Below are positions 54,301 to 64,000 of a stretch of DNA of 64,000 nucleotides, in pieces. A model generated the notes under the pieces. The model was given only the letters and a program-made list of their open reading frames with translations, was not told the DNA's origin and made no database searches. This DNA comes from Lingula anatina (Eukaryota; Animalia; Brachiopoda): assembly GCA_051362555.1 (NCBI GenBank), contig CM120641.1, positions 37,888,401 to 37,952,400 of the forward strand. The letters run 5' to 3'. Each line of letters opens with the position of its first letter. Within the stretch, counting starts at the first letter, position 1. A program made the position numbers and the translations under genes.

Positions 54301-57300
54301 AAAACAACCTTGTCTCCGAAGCAAGTGTAATGTATGCGTTATCTCATAGAACATTTAGGTTAGGACCACTTAGCAGACTGAGGGGTGGAGTGTTCTATTT
54401 CCTTTTTTGTTTATATTTTTTATTTATAATTTTAATGTCCATGAGTAAATACATGGCAGTTACATAAATACCCTATGAACTATTCTTGACAATGTGGGAT
54501 AGTTCGGTTTATGCCATGGCTACCCCTCCACACTTTGTCCTGGTAAAGTCCTTGAAAAGTTGTTTTTACAAATATATAACCAAAAGAATTGTTACCAAAA
54601 AAATTGTAAGACGTTTGTTTAATTACCCTTACAGCACCTATGTATTTTAAATTAGAAGTGGCATTATATACCGATGTTATTGGAAATAAATTGTCAGAAA
54701 AGAGCCATTGTCAATAAAAAGAATAGGAATTTAAAAAAAAAAGATTTGATTGCATATAAAAAATGGAAAAAAAGATATAATAAAAATATGAAAAGTAAGG
54801 GTAACTATATTCAGTATTACAAATTTAAAAAAAAAAAGAATTTTTTCAATATTTAAAGAATTAAATATATTTTTAATTAATTTTACCACCCCATCAACTG
54901 GAAATTAACCTGATTGACTTTGTTATTCACTTGCTCTACTTCTATAATAAGGTTTAAGAAAGTACAGTATGGTACCGCAACTCTTTACAGCATCTGCTTA
55001 AACTTTTTAAATGAATTATTTAAATTGGGCTAGTGTTTTTTGGTTAGGGCTAGTAAAGTTTGAGAGAAGTTTTTTTCGTTTCGCGTTCAACCCCGGCAAT
55101 TAAAATTAAATTAATTTTTTAAGATTAAAATATGGATATATGTAGAAGTTATATTTATTTCATAATAATTTTTTATATATCCATTTTATTTTTTATATAT
55201 TATGATGATGATGAGCTAGCAGAAGAGGATGTGTACAAACAGTTAAAGGAACTGACTGGAATATGAATGTGTTTAGATAATTATATAGAAATAAAAATGG
55301 ATGTTAAACATGTATGCGTTTTCGTTATATCTAGTAGCTTGAAACTACTAATCTTTAACGTAAAATTTTACGGACCAGTACTTCTTGGTACGGACCAGTA
55401 CCTCCAAGGTCCACTGGTCCGTATTGGCCAGTCCTGCCCAAATTCTGTTTTGACCCCTGGGCTTCCCTATAGTTACATTCTGTACAGTAAACACACTAAA
55501 AAGGTATATAGAATATTTTAATGATTCCAAATTATATATCTGAGAGACTGATAATTTTCCCCAGTAAAAAGACATGAGTCATTACTGTACCTTATGATAG
55601 GATATTAACATAATAAATAAATAAATACCAAGAGTGATGTTCTCATTATTAGTGAATTTAAATGCTGTTATGTCAGTCCATTCTTTACAAGAATAAGCAA
55701 TTAGTAGATGAAGGAGCGGATGAATAAGAAAGCAATATGAACAAGAGCGCAGACCTCCGCCAAGGCAGCGATTTTTGATAATTATTGATTGATTATTGAT
55801 CCGGATCACCACCAAAAACTAATCATCTCTTCCTTTGCCCACTTCTGACAGTTCCTGAAAATTTCATCAAAATCGGTCCATAACTTTTTGAGTTATGCTG
55901 ATGACAAACAAACAAACAAACAAACAAACAAACAAACAAACAAGGGGTGAAATCATAACCTCCTTGGCGGAGGTAATAAAACTACTCCATCGGTTTAAAG
56001 TGGTACCTGTAACATGCTTGTGAAGAAATCTGGATAAAAGTGTGGCCAGTCAAGCCGCCCAATGTCCACCACAAGTTTGCACAGTTTGTTTCTGATATAT
56101 ACTGGCACTTTGGTATGGTGTTCTAGAAGAAAGCGGTTCAGAGTATTCCTGATCTCCATCTTGTCTGATGCCTCAAGCCCTAGCCATTGCTTGTTAATCA
56201 AATTCTGGAGAAATAAGAACATTTTCATGTATAAGATAAGATTGCCTTTTAAGAAAATTTCCTTGTTGAGTTTATTCACCATCCATATACAAGGCAATAT
56301 GGTATCTCTTTCTATAAGTATAGACAACTTTCTGAGAGGATAGCTTTTACATGTTTATTGTCCATAGGACAAAAATACCCCTAATTCCTTTACCCCATTT
56401 TACTTTTTTGGCCTTTTATCAATAAGTCAGCAGCAGCAGTAGTAGAATTCAGCACCCCACTTACATCAAGCACAGTTAGACAGAACATCATCACATAATT
56501 GTTCTTAGTGTTGGCCAGGAAATAAAGGCTGTGATGCCAAGCATCCCTCTGTTGACTGAAGTGGTTCAAAAGTTCCTCTGAAAAAATTATTAACATGAAA
56601 ATAATATGCAATTTCAGCATGAAGATGCTGACATTTTGGAATACGACTCCCTCACAGACAAGTTATCAGGGATGTAATACCACTTCTTCATTGATAAAAT
56701 TTTTGATTTATATCAATCTGAAGATTATACAGATTGCATGCATTCAGCATTTGATTTCAAAACAACTGTCATAAAGAGTAAAACAGCGATTAATTTGTCA
56801 TATTAAAACATAATGACAATGTTTTAAATGCAATTTAGTTAATCTCACCTATTTGGCGTTTCCTCTCATTTGTTGTTCTTGCATCAAAGAACTCTGACAT
56901 CAAACCTTCAAGGGTCCTCAGAGAGGACTCGTCTGTAGCCTGACAAAAGTGGATAATATAAAAGTTAACAAATATACATGTATATATATAAAAAACATAT
57001 TAAGTGATTGGATGACTAAGAAACATCCTGACATGAGAGCTAGCTGATCAGTTTATAGAAAAAACATTCCAGAGCTTTACTGCATGGATTTCCGTGCTAA
57101 CATTTGTAGTGCTTAATTAAATTAACATGTTTAATGTGTACTTAATTAAGTACCAATTTGTGTAGCGTGTTTAACTGAATATATACATCCACATTCTACA
57201 TTATATACCTTGGGCTTTTCACTTCTAAATATTGTGCACTACTGACTGAGACAATATGAGGCTTTTAACAGTTCCATCTGTATCTTACACTTAGTTATAC

Positions 57301-58124
57301 TTAAACTATGCTTGGTGATTGCTGACCACACAATGTTCACCAGTACTACAGAAGCCTTAACTTACTGAAAGTACAGACTATTGTATAGCACAAAGATTTT
57401 GTGTTTTCACTCTTATACATGTACATGTATGCTGTATATTGTTACTGTTATGTACTGGCTGTGCTAATGCATGAAAACAAAAGGCCCAAACACTGTAAAA
57501 TGACGCATCCACCATGATGCAGAAGCTCACAAATCTTTATTGTACCTCTGATCTCCTCAACCTGCAAACTCCTGTAAAGCTGATCAGTTTATAGAAAAAA
57601 CATTCCAGAGCTTTACTGCATGGATTTCCGTGCTAACATTTGTAGTGCTTAATTAAATTAACATGTTTAATGTGTACTTAATTAAGTACCAATTTGTGTA
57701 GTGTGTTTAACTGAATTAATTTGTGCTAAATTAAATTGATGTTTGTTTCATTTATTTCTGTCGACTTATGCATAGTGTGTTTAATTAAAATTGCATTTTA
57801 ACAAAGATTCGGTTAATTTCGGAAATCTAATAACATCAGCATCATAAATGACAAATCTGTGATTGATCAGTCTTATGATGAGGTCATGGTATTATTGCAG
57901 GTTAATATAGTTAACTGTCTTCCTAAAATATGAAAGGGGTTCCTATTTCTCGGCTGCTCCGTAAATGTAATACTGACACTGACATTGTGACAGAGGAGGG
58001 GCACTCTTGATTGAGAAACCGAAAGTTGCAGGTTGAACATATCTAAGCTACCGACTGAAAAAGGGTCCAGTTGTCACAAATGTAATCCACAGTACAATAT
58101 ACCTCCTATATATCTACTTACCAT
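45347..58124 (-). CDS. XPO6: Exportin-6, 23 coding exons, ~1159 aa
   Basis: Minus-strand exons 58122-58124 (ATG only), 56849-56939, 56465-56577, 56007-56204, 53339-53498, 52943-53083, 52169-52625, 51771-51897, 51210-51319, 50650-50758, 50415-50507, 49977-50206, 49630-49722, 49217-49367, 48840-48986, 48334-48523, 47918-48073, 47538-47652, 47273-47332, 46646-46946, 46188-46286, 45675-45905, 45347-45451 (3480 nt). Motifs: TTNERKRQIEELL, VDIGRLDWP, ATPPPSP, HLFSWIPLS, KNCVPQEFE, SIHLRRFE, HDLLQEEI, NDLRYYRLCNSSLP. Confidence 0.95.
50904..51122 (+). mobile_element. Short degenerate copy of the HINE-like family in an XPO6 intron
   Basis: Starts tagacagcaaggctggcaaatatacagac (compare 15928) and ends with gacagcgatggcaacaacatg...tttatacag (compare ~16487-16545). 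Confidence 0.6.
53772..55459. mobile_element. 1.7-kb non-autonomous hAT-like element with 6-bp TSD and a probable nested element
   Basis: TIRs caggggtcgaa / tttgacccctg, with ggcttc at both 53766-53771 and 55460-55465. Subterminal actggtccgt/acggaccagt motifs occur at both ends. The inner segment ~53899-55096 has actagccc/gggctagt motifs and ends in gttcaaccccgg. Confidence 0.78.
55740..55980 (+). mobile_element. Short HINE/Helentron-type non-autonomous element with (CAAA)n
   Basis: aacaagag start, subterminal acctccgccaagg inverted as ccttggcggaggt at the far end, terminal hairpin acctcc-ttggc-ggaggt, and a (caaa)n tract at ~55905-55943. Confidence 0.82.
57042..57716 (+). repeat. 139-bp near-identical direct repeat (57042-57180 and 57578-57716)
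   Basis: agctgatcagtttatagaaaaaacattcc...gtgtttaactgaat occurs twice with one visible mismatch (gcgt vs gtgt). Confidence 0.92.
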
Positions 58125-58430
58125 AGCCTCTCCGAAGTTTGATCTTAAGACATTGCACAAATCACATGGAATTTCTCTCGTGCCGTGCAGACCTAGCAGC
58201 ACCTAAATTTCCCTTCCGTTTAGTTTCGTATTTTGGATGACCTTATCTGCCCTAATTAGTCAAAATAAAGTAAATAATGTAATATAAATTTTAAAACCAT
58301 TTGAATAATACAGTTGTAAGTTGAAAGTAAAACTATGTTTGATACTGAAATAACAGTATCATTTCAACGCATCAAAACTACTAATTTAGGACAGCTTTAC
58401 TTTTAGTGACACGACGACGGCGACAACAAA
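58125..58430. promoter_or_regulatory. Bidirectional promoter between XPO6 and GMPPA
   Basis: The divergent start codons are separated by only 306 bp, and CpGs are locally retained. Confidence 0.75.
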
Positions 58431-61400
58431 ATGATCAAGGGGATTATTTTAATCGGTGGACCTATGAAAGGTATTTAGTGGAGATATGAAAAACACACTG
58501 AAAGTCTTTTGGTATGCGTGGTGCATTTCTGATCACTTGAATCGTGAATTTTTGTTACTATCAGTATCTAGTGCGATAACGAGCAGTCATTCGACCTCCC
58601 GCTTCCACTTCGCGGACGTTGACGTACTGAGCTATCGAAGTACAAATTCTACACAACACTTGTTAAAATTACTCAGTACGAGCGAGACAACATTTAGTAC
58701 ACGCATGTTGTCTTATTGAGCATACTTTCTATGCCATGCATACGTCAGAAACTATATGAATTGTGCTTTATATGAGTGACTAATATTTTATAAATAATGC
58801 ATCTTTACATCAGACTTACTGCAGGCAAATTATTGGCTATGGAATTGTCATATTACATAAAGATTAGTTTATGCAATGCTGCATATTTATAAACAGTTTC
58901 ATTTAAAATTCTCCACCGAACGGTGCAATATAAAAAAATCTTAGATATTTTTTGTGGAAATGCTGGTAAATTTGTACAAATACAGGTAGTAGAAGAAAAT
59001 AAAGAAAAGGTTGAACCTTGATTTAACTACACATGTTAATCGATTTTTAAAAAATATTTCAGGTACCCGATTTAGGCCTCTTTCATTAGAACTTCCAAAA
59101 CCACTGTTTCCTGTCGCAGGTTTTCCAATGATCTATCACCACATAGAGGCATGTAGTAAGGTGAATATGATACAGTACATGAAAGAGTCTATATTAACTG
59201 GTTTTTAATTGACAAAAATTCAGTTATAACTGTAGAAATTATATGTGCTGCTGAAAATATATGCCGAGGAAAGGTGACATGTGACACACACACAAACTTG
59301 ACTTGTGCCTTTAGAAAAGTATGTTACAATCACGAGATGTAAATGCTTATTTTTACATTCTGGGAGCTATTTGATGTTGAATCTGAAATAGATCTTGTTT
59401 ATTTGGAGTGTTTGACATTGTGAAAGTAGTGTTTTTGTGTATCATTTCCAACTAAAACCGTTATGTATGCACGTTTAACTTACTAATATATCTGTTTATA
59501 CACATCATTCTAGTACACTGTAAATTTGATCATTCTAGGTGCCAGATTTAAAAGAGGTGCTTTTGATTGGCTTCTATCAGCCAAATGCTGCTCTAAATCA
59601 TTTCATTATGGAAGTTCACCAAGAATTTAAATTGCAAGTAAGGTGAGTCTGAACAAATTGCTACTTACTGGAGCATATGCATTAAGTACTGCACTACTGC
59701 AGCAGCTACAATTATATATAGTTTTATTAAGTCTTGTATTTCAGTTGCCTTCAGATACTATTTAATTTAGAAAAAAATTACTCATGCAGCATATATCAAT
59801 ACTTGAAGTAACATCAAAAGTAGTTTCACTGTGTATCAATTTCAGCAACCTCATATTCTAGCTGTTGTTCTGTTTTAGATATTTCCAGGAATATCAGGCA
59901 TTGGGAACAGCAGGAGGATTGTATCACTTCAGGGACCAGATACTGGCTGGCAATCCGGAGGCCTTCTTTGTTATGAATGCAGATGTGTGTGGTGACTTTC
60001 CTCTCAACGAGATGTTAGAGTTCCACAGAAAGACAGGGAATGGGGACACACATACAATGCTTGGAACAGAGGTAAATATTTTAACACATTTTAGACAGGT
60101 TTTACTTTCATGCACTTTTTTTTTTTTGTAATTTTACATAATTTTAATACAAAAAAGCTCAATCATCAAGGGAATTTATCACAAAACAATTCAGTTACAA
60201 TGTATTACTGTACATTCTTATGACCTGAACATTCTTTAACAAATTAACACATTTATCTTTAGGCCACTCAACAGCAGTCTTTGAACTATGGGTGTATTGT
60301 GGAGAATAAGGACACACATGAGGTAAAAGAAAAGTCGTTATACAACATTATGTGTGGCACTTGTACAATCTTGCCAGCTGTGCATAGATACCAGTTATAT
60401 AATAAAGACTGGCTAACTTTCATATGAAATGAAGATTTGTTACTGTTGCTTTGATGGTCAGTAATTTATTAGAAAACTTTACTGGTATATGTTCTGTACA
60501 AAATGGTCCCAAGTTAATTTACTTCTTTCACTATATACACTGCAGTAATGAGTCAAGTTATTAATATTTCTTTTTGTTTTAATGTTGGATTCTTGTTTAA
60601 TTTTCCACAGCTTTGTGTATCATTCTCTTCTTCGCCGTCAGGTTGTCCATTATGTCGAGAAACCAGGAAGCTATGTGAGTAGTATCATCAACTGTGGCAC
60701 GTATCTTTTTAGTCCAGACATCATGAAGTACCTAGCAGCAGCTTTCCAAAAGAACCAGGAGAATTTCTGGTGAGCTTTATTACAAGAAACTGCCATTAGT
60801 ACAGCAGCAAAAAAATTGGACTGAAGCACAGTTGTATTATGCTTGTTTGACTCATTTTTGAAAGATATTTAAATTGCATTATATATGTGATCTTTGTGTC
60901 TTAATACAAAAAGGTAAGGTTATTTATTCATGGACATAAGGTAAATTAATTTTATTTACAGCACTGATAGTATTGAAAGCTCCCTATCTCCTTCTACCAA
61001 AGAGTGTATCTTCTTAGAAAGTGAGATTTTCATGGATTTGGCCTCAACCGGAAAACTCTTTGTGTACCAAACCACTAACTTTTGGAGTCAAGTGAAGTCA
61101 GCTGGGTAAGCAAAAGTTTGTTTGGTCAGGCAGCATTAAAAGGGTTATCAGGCAATGTCAACAGCATTAAGTATGGTATTTAAATGGTGCAATGACCTGT
61201 CAACGTTTGCTCTGAGACTCTTAGGTAAGTTCAGAACATTGGATCTAAGATATTAGAATATTTGATTAATGATATAGGGGTTGCTTGCATGATTAAATAC
61301 AGATGTCATAAATTCTATTAATTATATAAAGTTTGCTTAAAATGAGAAAGCTACAGATGTAGAGGAAATTTATTTACCATTTTTTAAAAATTTTGGAACT

Positions 61401-63023
61401 TGATTACTAGTAACTTGATTTGCTGAATTGGAAATAGAGGTAATGCAAGAGAATGGTAATGTAAACCCATTTCAACAAATATTTGCATGTTTTATGTCCT
61501 GCTGTTTTAGAACCATTATATTCCTCTTTGAAGAATTGTAGCATCAGTCTGTAATTTTAGTATGATATGATTGAATTTTTTATCAAATGAAGTTGTTTGT
61601 AAAATTTTGTGATTCAACTACTGACATAGTTGTCAGGATATTTGTTTGAATACCACCAGATATTTATTGAAATTTTAGGTGAGTTTTCTCTTTGTCACAC
61701 TTACATATCTTCATGTTCAGAGTTTTCAAGGTAAAAAACATCACCTTTCACCTTCTTATTGTGATTTAGATTATGAACAGAAAGCGGTAATGTATTTTCT
61801 CAACCATTTCTCTAGGGCAACTATTTATGCCAACCGTCACTATCTGGCAATCTATCACCGCACTCACCCTGACCGCTTGGCCAAGAATGGTGAAGGAAAA
61901 CCAACAATCATTGGAGATGTCTATATCCATCCATCAGCATCAGTGCATGAATCAGCCACTGTAAGTGTTAAGACATATGGAAGTCAATATTCTCAGCTGA
62001 TGTGAGTGATAAAATAAAAACAAAATAATGAGCTCAATGTATTATTTGAATGTCTTAAAAGGTGTGTGCTTTCTGTTGAACTTAGTGTGCAGATTTTATT
62101 GTATCTTTTGTAATTTTTTTTTATGCAGTCACAAAAATAAATGAAATAACTAAGTAGACAAAAATGGAATTGAGTGAGAATTATATTTTCATAATTATTT
62201 TAAAACAGTTTATTCTTATTTCCAGCTTGGACCTAATGTAACTGTTGGAAAGAATGTAGTCATTGGTGAAGGTGTAAGAGTTCGAGAGTCCCTGGTTTTA
62301 GAAGGATCAACAATACTGGTAGGTTTACAGGCTTGTTGGATGAAACTGATTAATTTCCTGTATTAAATAGATTTTACAGCCTTTAATACAGTAACATTTT
62401 AATGGAAGGTTGGCTTTTTCACGTGTTTTATCACTGTAGAATAAAAAAACATTTTTCTTAATATAGAATTTGATTAAGGAGCCACAGTAGATGTTAATGG
62501 TTGAATCAGGTAATACTCAGTAAAAAATCCATGATATATTTTAATTAAAAACAGCATTAAGCAGCACAAAAGCTATATTGAAGTGTGTATTTGTAGGACC
62601 ACACCTTAATTCTGTACAGTATTATTGGCTGGAATAGTGTGGTTGGTTCCTGGAGCAGAGTGGAAGGCACACCAAATGATCCCAATCCCAACAAACCATT
62701 TGCTAAACTGGAGGTCTCCGATCTTTTCAACTCAGAAGGGAAACTTAATCCTTCAATTACTGTAATAGGTAAGGCTCCCTTGCATAGCAGTGTATGTGTG
62801 ATTCTGGCTACTTTATTGTCTGAATGTATTAGTATTCTCCCAACCATATAATATCATTTACATTTTGATTTCTAGATGAGTTCAAGATTCTAATTTGTAG
62901 TGAAATTTTATTTTATTTATAGGCTCCAATGTACAAATCCCCTCAGAAGTTGTCATCTTGAATTCCTTAGTACTGCCACACAAAGACTTGGGCAGAAGTT
63001 ACAAGAACCAGATAATTCTATAA
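58431..63023 (+). CDS. GMPPA: Mannose-1-phosphate guanylyltransferase alpha (regulatory subunit), 11 exons, 425 aa
   Basis: Exons 58431-58470, 59063-59160, 59539-59642, 59879-60071, 60263-60322, 60642-60769, 60962-61105, 61816-61960, 62226-62318, 62597-62768, 62923-63023 (1278 nt). [13 protein letters not shown] has the alpha-type insertion relative to GMPPB GGYGTRLRP. Also [40 protein letters not shown] and NQIIL*. Confidence 0.95.
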
Positions 63024-64000
63024 ATACCAGTAGGATCTGCCATTTTAACGTGGCCTGCTCTCTAAAGAAGTTTAGAAAGCTCATATCCGAACAATGGGGA
63101 GACACTGGATTATTTAATCAAATGTGTGAACTAAGCGTATATCCTTTTGGGTATGTTAGATAGACTACATGTATATACATAGAAAAGGCAATGCATTCTT
63201 TGTTTTCTAATATTCAGCTGTATTTTATGGTGCCACATTTGTATCATGCTGGACAAAGTAACATGTGACAGCTTTATTTTTTTCCATGTGTTACATATAT
63301 TTACATTCCTGATTTAAACAATATTTTAAGTCTATAAATTGAATAGACTATAAGAATATTCTACCAAAATATTCATCTGCCTAGCAAGTGGATAGTTATT
63401 TTTCAATCATCTTTGTGCCTTGTAACTTGTTTTATTGCAACTTGTTTTGGTCCGTGCAGGCCAATATTTACATGAGATGTGTGATATTTTATATGCAACA
63501 AGTGCACCATTTTTCCGAATCTAGTTCAGTGCAATTGCCTGTGAAGAATATTGAGCAATGGCTACAGTTACACATTGGTTACTCCTTGTTTGTCAGTCAT
63601 GTAAAGGTTTTAAAATGGGGTTCCTACTTTAGGTATTGTATGGAAAGGGTTTAAGACAAATACTTAATGGAAGTGTGTTATTGCAAGCAATGGGGTGATG
63701 TTAGGGTATTGCAATTTATGGATGCCTTTGAGTGGTTTTCTGTGATATTCTTAAGACTTTTTCTTACGTAATTAGAGCAGTAGTTTGGGGATAAAAGCGC
63801 AATCATCTTCCATTGTTATAGAGTATACTTGAGGTTATAGGTATCTATAACTTTAGACGAGGAATGGATCAAAGTTGTGCTCAAGATCCAAAGAATGACA
63901 AGTTTGTCTTCCTAATAAAAAGGAAGCACTGAAAAGAAACATAGATATGTATACTTTTAAATAACCATTGGCCTAAACACAGGTTTGTGATTCCTTCGGT

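Overview
AT-rich, intron-dense eukaryotic DNA from an invertebrate animal, probably a lophotrochozoan such as a mollusc (inferred from the repeat types and gene structure). Six spliced protein-coding genes were rebuilt by hand from GT-AG exons: the 3' end of xanthine dehydrogenase (XDH, +), mitochondrial translation initiation factor 2 (MTIF2, -), an MSK-family dual-domain kinase (RPS6KA5/MSK, +), a ProX/PrdX-type tRNA deacylase (PRORSD1, +), exportin-6 (XPO6, -) and GDP-mannose pyrophosphorylase alpha (GMPPA, +). For the five complete genes the summed exon lengths are multiples of three and end in a stop. Introns carry many non-autonomous DNA transposon relics: Helentron/HINE-like elements, hAT-like elements with 5- and 6-bp target-site duplications (TSDs), palindromic MITEs, and a decayed transposase-like ORF with five direct 16-bp motifs. 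No prokaryotic system, CRISPR array, tRNA or rRNA was seen, and no clearly new biological system is demonstrated. The best leads are a long MSK tail with two SUMO-interaction-like motifs, the apparent MTIF2-PRORSD1 microsynteny with mammals, and a HINE family that seeds satellite and microsatellite DNA.
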